Source: a virus (lineage: Duplodnaviria; Caudoviricetes). From it: a DNA stretch of 54,756 bases. The translations under genes and the position numbers were made by a program. Under the pieces are notes generated by a model. That model was not told the origin of the DNA. It saw nothing but the letters and a program-made list of their open reading frames with translations, and searched no databases. Positions 37,152 through 46,313 of the stretch are shown here, piece after piece (within the stretch, counting starts at the first letter, position 1; each line of letters opens with the position of its first letter). The DNA is taken from positions 1-54,756 of IMG/VR virus record IMGVR_UViG_3300005588_000719; one strand, given 5' to 3'.

Positions 37152-39065
37152 TCATGCACTCACAAGTTCATTATCATTAATTACTTTGAAATCTTTATCT
37201 GTTACTTTTGTAACAAACATTTGTAAATCACTTTCTTCAGCTTTTGTTTTAAATTCTAATAATGTTTCGTTATCAAAGACTTCTAATCCATCTACACAGA
37301 TTAACTTTAAATCTCCTACTCTAATCTTTGCTATTTCAATTGCTATATCTACTTTTTTAGCTGTGTTTAATCGGTCAAATGGGACATTGTCAAAGTAAAT
37401 TTCTCCGTCTTTTACTTCTAAGCCGTCAATAGGGAGTTCTTTCAACAAGCTACTTTTATACTCATCTAATTTCTTGAGGGCTTCCGATAATGAAGAGCTA
37501 TCTGCATTTAATAATTCTAACTGCCTTTTATTTTGCTCTACAATTCTTCTCATTGAGTCAAACTCTGCATAACTGTTAAACTTTGCTTCCAAGTTCGCTT
37601 TTTCTGTTAATTTTCCGTTTAAATTCTCGTTGAATTTATCGTTTAAATTTTGGCGTTGGAGTTCATATTTTTTTCTGACATTTTCTATTTCTTCGGCTTC
37701 TTTATTTCTTATTGATTGCAAATAATCATCTTTCTTATTTCTCGCTTCATCTATGCTATTTTCAATCTCCCTTAATTGTTCTTTTAAATCGTCTATTGAT
37801 ATATTCAACGGTATTTCATCAATAGTCATATCCTTAATTGTAGCAGTCTTTTCTTTGATTTGTCTATTAATCAATGTCCTTTCATTAAATATGTTTAAGT
37901 GAGCGTAATCTATTACTTGCAGTCCGTGTTGATTAAAGTCATTAATATTTGCTATTTCCATAGTTCCATTTAAAACATTCTTTAATTCATTTTCTCCTAC
38001 TTTGATTGGCACGGCATCTAACATTAATTGAGTTCGTTCTTTTGGCTTTGCTGTAATAAATTCTATTGGATTTGTTGAAAGAACGTCTGTTAAATCATTT
38101 AAAATTGACTGAGGTTTTTTAATTAATTCTCCTCGATTATCATAAAGTTCTAATTTTGACTTTGAACCTTTGAATGTTCTTTTTAATGATGTACCTTCGT
38201 CAAATACTAATACTACTTCTCCTTGTTCGCTTCCATTCTTTACTATGGTTGCATCTTTGCTACCTTTAATTGCAAGTTTAATTGCTTCAAGGAATGATGT
38301 TTTTCCACTCCCATTTTTCCCCTCGATTGAGTTAAATTTGCCTGCTTCAAAGCTAAATTCACTTATGCCTAAAACATTTTGTATATGTATTTTATTGATT
38401 TTCATTTTGATTTCCGTTTCTTTTATTTTAAAATAATTTTCTAAATTGTTATTATAAATGAAGTGTACTAATTCTTTCAGAACTTCATGGTTTCGACTTA
38501 TCACATCTTCATTTATATATTCTCTAAATGTATGTATATCAATTAATTTTAATTCTCCGGCTGTTTCTTTCATCTCAAATATATTATATTGGAGTGTCTT
38601 TAATCCGAACATCTCAAGGTAAAATCCCCATTGGCAAGATTTTGAATATTTTTCGTAATCGTATAGCCCCCAACAAGTTTTATTTTCAACTATCATTGAG
38701 CCTGCCAATTGGTCAACTCTTCCACTTAGCAATACATCATATCCGTCTATCTTGTACTCTTTTTTAATTGGCACTTCAAAAGGAAATCTATAATCTAATA
38801 CCTCAAATGATGGCATTACATTTTCTGGAGTGAATACTATTCCGTCATGTTCAAATATATTATGTTGCTGATTATATGTTTCTTCAGGAGCTTCTAAGAT
38901 TTTATGATATGCAGAGCCTAATTCCGCAAATTTGCTATGCTTATACTCGCCTTTTATCATATCAATAATATCTTCAGTAGTAAATTTTACTTCTCCTTGA
39001 TAGTTGGGAACATTATATAAATATTCCCTGAATGTATTTATAAATGATACTGATATTTTAATCAT
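37152..39065 (-). CDS. Fusion of a PD-(D/E)XK-like nuclease and an SMC/Rad50-like ATPase
   Basis: N-terminal LGSAYH, FE, GRVD, ENKT and QWGFY; from 38405 GKNGSGKTS, coiled coil, LNTAKK and LICVDGLE. Confidence 0.8.
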   Translation of the reverse strand: MIKISVSFINTFREYLYNVPNYQGEVKFTTEDIIDMIKGEYKHSKFAELGSAYHKILEAPEETYNQQHNIFEHDGIVFTPENVMPSFEVLDYRFPFEVPIKKEYKIDGYDVLLSGRVDQLAGSMIVENKTCWGLYDYEKYSKSCQWGFYLEMFGLKTLQYNIFEMKETAGELKLIDIHTFREYINEDVISRNHEVLKELVHFIYNNNLENYFKIKETEIKMKINKIHIQNVLGISEFSFEAGKFNSIEGKNGSGKTSFLEAIKLAIKGSKDATIVKNGSEQGEVVLVFDEGTSLKRTFKGSKSKLELYDNRGELIKKPQSILNDLTDVLSTNPIEFITAKPKERTQLMLDAVPIKVGENELKNVLNGTMEIANINDFNQHGLQVIDYAHLNIFNERTLINRQIKEKTATIKDMTIDEIPLNISIDDLKEQLREIENSIDEARNKKDDYLQSIRNKEAEEIENVRKKYELQRQNLNDKFNENLNGKLTEKANLEAKFNSYAEFDSMRRIVEQNKRQLELLNADSSSLSEALKKLDEYKSSLLKELPIDGLEVKDGEIYFDNVPFDRLNTAKKVDIAIEIAKIRVGDLKLICVDGLEVFDNETLLEFKTKAEESDLQMFVTKVTDKDFKVINDNELVSA

Positions 39066-40081
39066 TAGAATTCAAATGCCTCCGCAGGTTCTTCTACTTC
39101 AAACGGCTTTAACTCTTCGGCTTCTTTTTCTCCTGTCATATTAGAATAATCTGGTTCAGTTTCTACTTTTGGCTCTGGTTCTTTATTTACTGCTTCATAT
39201 ACATTTTTATCTTTGTTATATGTAAACCCTAATTCAATTACTCTTTCTTTGAATATTTGTCTTACTTGAATTTTTACAGCTTGGCTTAGGTCTTTCAATT
39301 CATCAACTAATGAATTACATTCTTCAGGAGTTTCTATTCTATCAATCTTGTTTCTGAACTTTTGTATTAAATCGACTGTTTCTTTTTGCACGTTTGAAAT
39401 ATTACCTAAACTTGCTTTGATTTCTTTTAGTTTTGTTTGGAAGAAATCAGGTTCATCTGTGAAATTTGGTAAAATTATAGTTGGAAAATTCATTGAATTT
39501 TTACCTATAAAATACTCACTTGGATTAAAGTCTAAAGTTCTATTTTTATCTATATTCTGCATATATCCGATAAAGTCTGAATTATCTGCAATTAAGCTGT
39601 AAGATGAACCTGTAATAGCAGGTCTTTTGATGGTCATATCTCCTTCAGTATGCTCTTTCACTTGAGCAATCATAATCAAATCTTTCCCTTGATTACGTAA
39701 AATGTTAGTGAAGTCTTTAAATTCGTTCTTTAATTGTCCGTACATTTGGAGCTTATTTCTTTTGAATTTTGGATTTTTCTCAATTAGATTTACTTCAATA
39801 CTTTCCATACATTTTGAAATCGTATCTACTATAATTACATCATATTTTTTAATCAATTCAATGAAACCTTTTGTATCATTTGATATATCTGTCCATGATG
39901 ATATTTGTACAACATCTTTCCTATATGCTGACCTATGAACACCGTTATCAAAATCTAAGGTTAAACAATTTCCTGATGTATTTGCAAGACTGGTTTTTCC
40001 TGAACTCGGATAACCGTATATTAAACCAAATGTAGTTTCAATATTTATCTTGTCTTCTTTTTTTATTAGATTAAATCCCAT
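39065..40081 (-). CDS. Sak4-like (AAA_24) ssDNA annealing ATPase
   Basis: IYGYPSSGKTSL, LDFDNG, IIVDT and SDFIGYM. Confidence 0.88.
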   Translation of the reverse strand: MGFNLIKKEDKINIETTFGLIYGYPSSGKTSLANTSGNCLTLDFDNGVHRSAYRKDVVQISSWTDISNDTKGFIELIKKYDVIIVDTISKCMESIEVNLIEKNPKFKRNKLQMYGQLKNEFKDFTNILRNQGKDLIMIAQVKEHTEGDMTIKRPAITGSSYSLIADNSDFIGYMQNIDKNRTLDFNPSEYFIGKNSMNFPTIILPNFTDEPDFFQTKLKEIKASLGNISNVQKETVDLIQKFRNKIDRIETPEECNSLVDELKDLSQAVKIQVRQIFKERVIELGFTYNKDKNVYEAVNKEPEPKVETEPDYSNMTGEKEAEELKPFEVEEPAEAFEF

Positions 40082-40093
40082 TTTATTATCCCT

Positions 40094-40252
40094 TTAAATA
40101 TTTTTAAAAATTTGTATGATTATTAATACCATTAATACTGTGATTATACCGTATTTCTTGAGCAGTTTTGCTAACATGAAATACATTTTATCAATAGTTC
40201 TTGTTCTTGTGAATTTCCCTATTGAAATAGGTTTAAAAGATGTACTATTCAT
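40094..40252 (-). CDS. 52-aa small membrane protein (below the ORF-track cutoff)
   Basis: MNSTSFK...YGIITVLMVLIIIQIFKNI; GAGGA RBS; fills the gap. Confidence 0.5.
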   Translation of the reverse strand: MNSTSFKPISIGKFTRTRTIDKMYFMLAKLLKKYGIITVLMVLIIIQIFKNI

Positions 40253-40469
40253 TTTTTTCCTCATGTTCTAACTCAAAATTGAATGGATTGTAAATACCCT
40301 TTTTTATTCCTTTATTTTCCAAAGCTTCTATTGTTCCTAAAACAAAGTCCAAATCAGTATTTTTGTTTAATTCTACTGGTCTAAATATAGTTGCAGTTGT
40401 TTCAAAAAAATCTTCTTTTGGCTGAGAAAATCTTTGCTCTTCAGAATTCCATTTATATTTTGCATTCAT
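40245..40469 (-). CDS. Hypothetical protein
   Basis: TAATG-coupled to the upstream ORF. Confidence 0.6.
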   Translation of the reverse strand: MNAKYKWNSEEQRFSQPKEDFFETTATIFRPVELNKNTDLDFVLGTIEALENKGIKKGIYNPFNFELEHEEKNE

Positions 40470-40819
40470 TATACTGCCTCCAAATCAACTCTGTATTTGG
40501 AAGCGTCGATATCATCTCCTTCTTCATTCCAATCACTCAAGAAGTTTAAATCGTCATCCAGATAATTCAATATGAAATTTGCTATATCTTGGTTCTTCAT
40601 ATCATAAGAATATTCACCATTTGTAAATTGTGCTTCTTTCAATGTCTTTATAAAAGCAATATAGATTTCAGTCAAATCCTTTTGAGCTTTTTGTTTTGTT
40701 CTCATAAAAAAATACTGATTAATGTTCGCTTCTTGCTCATATTTCTCTGTATTGCCTTTATAGTCAGTCGCACAAATACTGACTGTTACTTTTCTGATGT
40801 CTCCTAATTTCATTTCCAT
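40469..40819 (-). CDS. Hypothetical protein
   Basis: GAGGTGG RBS; coupled ORF. Confidence 0.6.
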   Translation of the reverse strand: MEMKLGDIRKVTVSICATDYKGNTEKYEQEANINQYFFMRTKQKAQKDLTEIYIAFIKTLKEAQFTNGEYSYDMKNQDIANFILNYLDDDLNFLSDWNEEGDDIDASKYRVDLEAV

Positions 40820-41022
40820 TTTACCACCTCTGAACTTTCTAATTCTGCAATTCGTTTGTTAAGTTTATCTATAAGATTGTTTCTCTCAAAAAGCAAATCT
40901 TCTAAAAATGCTTTATTGCTTTGAAGGATTAGTACCTTGCCTTCTAATTCTTTTATTAGAGCTTCGTTTATTTTATTTAATTCGTAGTTACTCATCTTAC
41001 CCTCCATAACATATCTGTACAA
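40810..41022 (-). CDS. Small coiled-coil protein
   Basis: Probable start at MSNYEL after GGAGG. Confidence 0.55.
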   Translation of the reverse strand: MYRYVMEGKMSNYELNKINEALIKELEGKVLILQSNKAFLEDLLFERNNLIDKLNKRIAELESSEVVKWK

Positions 41023-41192
41023 GTTTGCTGTAATAAGTCTGATAGCTCTTCATCTGTTCGGTCTATCATTCTTTCTATAACATCTTTGCTGATTTCAGTA
41101 TTTCTCTTTTCAAGTTCTGATAAGAGATATACTATTTTGTGAGATAGTCTCGCTATCTCTTCAACTGTTCTTCTTTTTTCTTTGGAAATCAT
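40992..41192 (-). CDS. Small hypothetical protein (start revised to MISKEKRR)
   Basis: AAGGA RBS before the ATG at 41192; the longer version runs through a terminator hairpin. Confidence 0.55.
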   Translation of the reverse strand: MISKEKRRTVEEIARLSHKIVYLLSELEKRNTEISKDVIERMIDRTDEELSDLLQQTCTDMLWRVR

Positions 41193-41608
41193 TTTGATTT
41201 TCCTTATATTTGTTTGTAAATACATCCAAATTAGAACCCTCAGTAGTCCCTTATCTATGAGGGTTCTTTTTTTTCTTTTTGTGTCAATCATTTAATTTTT
41301 TATATTTGCATAGTTAAAGAATATGAGTCCTGGTCTTTGTGTATTTTAGGCTGGGATTCTTTTTTTTTATGTGAATGAACTCTTAATTATTTTGTAAATC
41401 AAAATATTTATTTTATATTTGTTAGTGGATAATTAGTTAAGGAACTCTGGTCACCGTGCAAAATGACCGGAGTTCTTTTGCTTTAATAGTAATTGTAATA
41501 TTTATATCTTTGTTTATCATAATAATTTTTCTATATTTGCTCATGAACAAGAGAATGTTTTGTTCTTTCTACAACCTTAGCCTACGTAATCCTTGGCTAA
41601 GGTTTTTT
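41181..41608 (+). ncRNA. Array of four promoter + hairpin/U-tract small-RNA units
   Basis: TTTG-19/20 nt-TATATTTG with -7 boxes at 41205, 41301, 41414 and 41532; hairpins at 41233-41267, 41325-41359, 41441-41476 and 41573-41604. Confidence 0.65.
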
Positions 41609-41912
41609 AATTTCTACTAAAAAATTTTACTTTATCTTCGTGCGAACCAAATAGCTCTACTACTTTAGCTCTTTTGTTTACTTCAACATTTTTAGGAAAT
41701 GTTTTGTGAGTTAATTGCCTTAATAAATTAAGCAATGATGGAACATATATTTTATTTCTCCTATCTGTATCTATCAACTTATATTTAAGAGCGTCAGCAA
41801 TTACAACTATACTAATATTAGCAATTTGCGCTGCCTTTCTTTGAGATACAAATAACTCTTTGTTTGCTTCAAAGTATGCTTTTTCATAATTATATGTAGA
41901 AGTTTCTGCCAT
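41607..41912 (-). CDS. HTH DNA-binding protein (excisionase-like)
   Basis: VSQRKAAQIANISIVVIADAL and IYVPSL. Confidence 0.55.
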   Translation of the reverse strand: MAETSTYNYEKAYFEANKELFVSQRKAAQIANISIVVIADALKYKLIDTDRRNKIYVPSLLNLLRQLTHKTFPKNVEVNKRAKVVELFGSHEDKVKFFSRN

Positions 41913-41918
41913 CGTTTT

Positions 41919-42098
41919 TTAATTTACTTTTTCTATATTTTGGTCGTAAACTTTGTTGATTATTAATTCTAATACTTTTGTATTATCTGAATTAATTTTT
42001 TTTGCAAGAATATTTAAACGTTCTTTGGTCTCTTTATTTAATCTAAATGATACTGCTTCTTTTTTTGAAGCTTTGTCTAAACTTATATTTACATTCAT
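41919..42098 (-). CDS. 59-aa ribbon-helix-helix protein (below the ORF-track cutoff)
   Basis: MNVNISLDKASKKEAVSFRLNKETKERLNILAKKINSDNTKVLELIINKVYDQNIEKVN. Confidence 0.75.
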   Translation of the reverse strand: MNVNISLDKASKKEAVSFRLNKETKERLNILAKKINSDNTKVLELIINKVYDQNIEKVN

Positions 42099-42135
42099 TA
42101 GTGGGCTTTGTTTAGTGGGTGAAAATATATTTTTG

Positions 42136-42207
42136 TTTGCATTTCTAAAACATTTATGTATATTTGTATATACAAATGTATATTTGTAATATACATTTAT
42201 ATATTTG
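42136..42207. promoter_or_regulatory. Operator/overlapping-promoter region
   Basis: Perfect palindrome ATTTGTATATACAAAT (42162-42177); three TATATTTG at about 20 nt spacing on +; TACATTTG on -. Confidence 0.55.
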
Positions 42208-42226
42208 GTAGAATTTGTAAGAGATT

Positions 42227-42397
42227 TTATTCGGTTATTAACTTGAATTCTTTTTCAGAATTTACAAAGCGAGATAGAGTTATTTCAGCAAATCGTTTTC
42301 TGGTTTGATGAATTTTGTCTGCTTTTTTTGTTAAAAGTTTGTAATCATTTTCTTCCAATTCTACTTGGATTTTATATTTTTTACTTGTCTTACTCAT
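42227..42397 (-). CDS. 56-aa probable ribbon-helix-helix protein in the Cro position (below the ORF-track cutoff)
   Basis: MSKTSKKYKIQVELEENDYKLLTKKADKIHQTRKRFAEITLSRFVNSEKEFKLITE; first ORF after the early promoter. Confidence 0.65.
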   Translation of the reverse strand: MSKTSKKYKIQVELEENDYKLLTKKADKIHQTRKRFAEITLSRFVNSEKEFKLITE

Positions 42398-42439
42398 TAT
42401 CTATATATAGTTATAAGATGTTTGCGATACTTTATAAGA

Positions 42440-42470
42440 CAAATATAAGATATTTGTATGATATATGCAA
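42440..42470 (-). promoter_or_regulatory. Early leftward promoter, divergent from the repressor
   Basis: TTGCAT-17 nt-TATATTTG. Confidence 0.7.
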
Positions 42471-42528
42471 GAATTATTTTATTTTTTTTTACATTAATTT
42501 ACTTCATCGTAACACGAAAGGCTTTTAA

Positions 42529-43149
42529 GTGTCTGAAACTTGGCAAGATAGATTGACTTTGTCCGCTAAAAAAAAATATAACTCTGTACGTAATTTATGT
42601 ATTGAGAATAATATTAGCGATCAATATTTCGTAAGATATATGAGAGACAACTCGCTAACACCTCGTGTTTTAAACACATTAGAAAAAGCAGGAATTAATC
42701 CAGAATACATAAAAAATGGCACACTCCCAATGTTTATTGAGGGAGAAAAACAAAATAAATCTGGAATACCACTTTATGAAATAGGTGCGACAGGTGGAGA
42801 TGTTCACTTGTTCAACGACCATAACGAAAAACCAGTTAGCTATATAAATATGCCTGGATTAGATGGTAAAGCCGCTATTATTGTACACGGCGACTCAATG
42901 CACCCTGTGTATTCTGACGGTGACATAATTACAATCGATGAGCCAAGTAATTTAATTATATATGGAAAAGCACATTTAATTATTTGCGAAAATCAAAGAA
43001 TGATAAAATATCTTTTACCATCAGAGAGTGAAGGTAAGGTTATATGCAAATCTGAGAACCCAGTAGGCAACCCACAGTTTGAAATATTTGAGAAAGATAT
43101 AATTAAGCTGTTCTTGATTAAAAATTGTGTAAAGAAATTTAAGAGTTAA
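42529..43149 (+). CDS. CI-like repressor with an S24 peptidase domain
   Basis: N-terminal HTH-like region ending INPEYIKNG; IPLY, ATGG, VHGDSMHP and MIKYL. Confidence 0.88.
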   Translation: MSETWQDRLTLSAKKKYNSVRNLCIENNISDQYFVRYMRDNSLTPRVLNTLEKAGINPEYIKNGTLPMFIEGEKQNKSGIPLYEIGATGGDVHLFNDHNEKPVSYINMPGLDGKAAIIVHGDSMHPVYSDGDIITIDEPSNLIIYGKAHLIICENQRMIKYLLPSESEGKVICKSENPVGNPQFEIFEKDIIKLFLIKNCVKKFKS

Positions 43150-43172
43150 TTGTTTAGAATAGGAGACAGGAG

Positions 43173-44570
43173 ATGGAAACACTTATTAAAAATGAGCGTG
43201 GTAGAGAAGCATTATTTTTTACTGAAATCCAACCAACACAAAAAGAATTCGATTCAATTATAAATGCTGAATTATGGAGTGATAGTCCTGCAACTATTAA
43301 AAAGATATATAAAACATTTTATAAAATTGGGCTTCGTTCTGTTAAAATTGATACTATAATCAATAACCTAGAAAAAGAATATCATCTTCTCAGAAAAGAA
43401 ATAAAATCTTCGAATGAATACAAGGAAATGACTGAACCAGAAAAAATAGACTCCTTAAAAAGAGTTATGAAAGAGATGTACGAACGTTTTAATTATAGCA
43501 TTAGACTAACTGGCGGAATATTGTTAGAAGACATTTTTACTAATAAACAAATTGACTTATCTCCAATATTGGAAAAGTATCAATTAGACATATTAAATTT
43601 ATATGTTGATCATATTGATAAAATTGATAAAGCTATTAAAGCACCAGGAAATAATGAATTTAGAACATTGTTTGAAAAAGCACATAAATTAGGATTAGTA
43701 AAAAGAGGAGCAGAAGTAGATCTCGAAATACTTTCAAATGCTATCACTATAAAAGAAGCAAATTTAGCCTTTGCAGATGTTATGGAAAAAAAGATAACCC
43801 GTAAAAGTCAAATAGCGGAACATATTTTAAAATATGAAAATTCTTTTGAGTTATTAAGCCAACATATTGCTATGAACAGTATATTCCAGTTCAAACCTTT
43901 AAAATTAAATGGGGAGTTAATTGACCTTGTTAATTTGAAATATAATCTTAAATGGGTTCGATCATATATTTTTATGTTACAAGATATTTATAGAGAAGGA
44001 GACGATTATTATGACGATTACGGAAAATTCAACAATGAATATTACCAAACATTAGGTTATGATGGTATAATCTCTGAGGAAGATAGACAGAGTGAATTTA
44101 TAGAAACATTTGAATATAGTATAGAAGATATAGAAGAAGTTGATGAAAGAAAAAAAGAAATAGAACCACCAGTATTTACTAAACAAATAAAGTCTATTGA
44201 ATCAGAAAATAAAATTGGTGTAATCAAACTTTTCTTAGGGAAACTATATTCACCACAAATAGATAAATTCATAAGAAATTTAGATGAAAAACATTTTGAA
44301 GAGATTTCAAATTTAAAATTTAAAACCCCACTTGTAACTCTTATCCTATGCTTCTTCTTTTTAGATAGATTTTATTTAGGAGCTTGGAAACTCGGAATTC
44401 TAAAAATCATTACATTTGGTGGGCTATATCTTTGGTACATAGCTGATATATTTTTATTTCATAGTAATACTTGCAAAGCCAATAAAAAAATATTAGAAAA
44501 ATATATATTTGATAATGATTTGACTAAGCAATATTTTGATATAGTAGCTTCTGATTTGAAGTTAGAATAA
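43173..44570 (+). CDS. Large protein with a C-terminal TM2 domain
   Basis: FFLDRFYLG and GILKIITFGGLYLWYIADIF. Confidence 0.75.
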   Translation: METLIKNERGREALFFTEIQPTQKEFDSIINAELWSDSPATIKKIYKTFYKIGLRSVKIDTIINNLEKEYHLLRKEIKSSNEYKEMTEPEKIDSLKRVMKEMYERFNYSIRLTGGILLEDIFTNKQIDLSPILEKYQLDILNLYVDHIDKIDKAIKAPGNNEFRTLFEKAHKLGLVKRGAEVDLEILSNAITIKEANLAFADVMEKKITRKSQIAEHILKYENSFELLSQHIAMNSIFQFKPLKLNGELIDLVNLKYNLKWVRSYIFMLQDIYREGDDYYDDYGKFNNEYYQTLGYDGIISEEDRQSEFIETFEYSIEDIEEVDERKKEIEPPVFTKQIKSIESENKIGVIKLFLGKLYSPQIDKFIRNLDEKHFEEISNLKFKTPLVTLILCFFFLDRFYLGAWKLGILKIITFGGLYLWYIADIFLFHSNTCKANKKILEKYIFDNDLTKQYFDIVASDLKLE

Positions 44571-44574
44571 TATT

Positions 44575-44608
44575 TTAATAGAAACTTGTATAAAAGTTGT
44601 AAAGTATT
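44575..44608 (+). repeat. 34-bp direct repeat, copy 1
   Basis: TTAATAGAAACTTGTATAAAAGTTGTAAAGTATT. Confidence 0.9.
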
Positions 44609-44669
44609 GAGTTTTTTATTAAATTGTAACCGCAAGTTTTTAATTTTGTTTGCGAACAAGAGAAAACCT

Positions 44670-45176
44670 ATGAGATATAGAAACCAGATAAATAATATTT
44701 TAATACTTTGTATTTTAGTATTCGGTTGTGAACCAACAGTGGATTCAGATGGATTTACATATTTAGGAAAGTGTAATTACAATGGAGAATTTAGAGTAGA
44801 TGGTCTATATATTGGCGAGTTTCCATACCAATCAGAATATTTCCCCATAGCGTATTACTGGGAGGATGGAACTACAATTAGTATGTCAGTTTCTAAAGAT
44901 AAAATCAACAAACTAGGATCTTTTGAATGCTTTCCTCTCAATAAGCTAACTTATGATAATATAGCTAGCTGGGGAGCTTATATTATCGATGGAAATGAAA
45001 TTAAAAAACAGCAATTCTATAATCGAAATGGAACATATAAAGTTAGTAATTCTACTATTTCTATTATTTCAAAAACTGAACTTAAAGTAATCACTAGTAT
45101 TGGTGATATAATTTATTATAAATTTCATCCATGTACAAATAAACCTGATTCTGCAAATAAGACTTGGAATTATTGA
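44670..45176 (+). CDS. Lipoprotein (start revised to MRYRNQ)
   Basis: ILILCILVFG-C lipobox. Confidence 0.7.
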   Translation: MRYRNQINNILILCILVFGCEPTVDSDGFTYLGKCNYNGEFRVDGLYIGEFPYQSEYFPIAYYWEDGTTISMSVSKDKINKLGSFECFPLNKLTYDNIASWGAYIIDGNEIKKQQFYNRNGTYKVSNSTISIISKTELKVITSIGDIIYYKFHPCTNKPDSANKTWNY

Positions 45177-45290
45177 TTAAGGAGCATATTTAGAAAGATA
45201 TTCTGAAACACTTCTTGATAAAGAGCTGTTTGAAGAATATAATTAGTTAGTTATTATATTATAATTTTAGTAATTTATCCGAATAAAAAT

Positions 45291-46064
45291 ATGAAAGCAA
45301 TATTATTATTTATATTATTTTTTTACTCTTCATTACTTTCAAAAGATAGTACTAGTGTAAGTATTTCTGAAACATATAAAAATTTTCATAAAATAGATTC
45401 TAACATGATTGTAGAATATGATTCTATGTTTTTTTTACTAGGAACTTTAAGTGATTATATGGGTCGTTTTAATTATTCTGATATGAATGATCAAATTGAT
45501 TCTTATTACCCATTCGAAAAACCAATGGTCGACTATCTTACTAGTTTTATTAATGTAACATTTGATACTAATGTTGATACAACTTTTGCTGAAAGTGGTC
45601 ACAGCGAAATGTATTCAAGTGATGTGGCTGAAGAATTAAATGATTTCTATGAGTTAATAGATGTAGAATACGATGGTGTATCATATAAAAGAGAACAATT
45701 AATTGAAAGTGAGTTTAAAAATTCAAAACATATAAATTCATTTTTATCTGGTATTTATTATAGATATGGAGAAAAAATCGCTCCTTATTTTTATAAATTC
45801 ACATTCTATAACTCTAGTAAATATTCTATTTGTTATAAATTTCTTGATAGAATTGGATGTGATAATATTTATTTGAAATCCTACAACAATTCGATTCCTG
45901 TTGGTAAAGTAATATATTTCAAAGCAACCTTTGAGCTTAAAAAATATTTTGATTTAATTGAAAACGAAAAACAAATCTTATTAGATTCATATTTTGAAAT
46001 TTTTGGAAGAAATAAAAATCGTCATGATTTTGATTTGAAAATTATAAAAGTTATGGATTATTAA
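45291..46064 (+). CDS. Secreted hypothetical protein
   Basis: MKAILLFILFFYSSLLS signal peptide. Confidence 0.7.
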   Translation: MKAILLFILFFYSSLLSKDSTSVSISETYKNFHKIDSNMIVEYDSMFFLLGTLSDYMGRFNYSDMNDQIDSYYPFEKPMVDYLTSFINVTFDTNVDTTFAESGHSEMYSSDVAEELNDFYELIDVEYDGVSYKREQLIESEFKNSKHINSFLSGIYYRYGEKIAPYFYKFTFYNSSKYSICYKFLDRIGCDNIYLKSYNNSIPVGKVIYFKATFELKKYFDLIENEKQILLDSYFEIFGRNKNRHDFDLKIIKVMDY

Positions 46065-46158
46065 ATAATAAGATGAGGGAATGGACGTTTAACATTCAGA
46101 AAACAAACTCGGAAATCCAGACTTTGAGTTAAATAAAAGTGATATACTAAAATTATTC

Positions 46159-46192
46159 TTAATAGAAACTTGTATAAAAGTTGTAAAGTATT
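46159..46192 (+). repeat. 34-bp direct repeat, copy 2
   Basis: Identical to 44575-44608. Confidence 0.9.
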
Positions 46193-46313
46193 AGAAAATT
46201 TATTATAATGTAATTATGAAAATGTTATTTTCATTTGAAAAAAATTGAGAAACAACATTTAATTAAAGAATTAAAGGAAATGTAAAATATATATATTTCA
46301 TTCTGAGGAATTT

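Noticed and set aside
41193-41291. N-terminal extension of ORF 40992..41291
   Set aside because: It crosses a terminator hairpin, and a better RBS precedes the ATG at 41192
41953-42528. + strand ORFs 41953..42189 and 42328..42528
   Set aside because: Antisense to the two RHH-like genes and spanning promoter DNA; TTG starts without an RBS
44586-44669. TTG start of the 196-aa ORF
   Set aside because: It lies in the 34-bp repeat; the signal peptide fits the ATG at 44670
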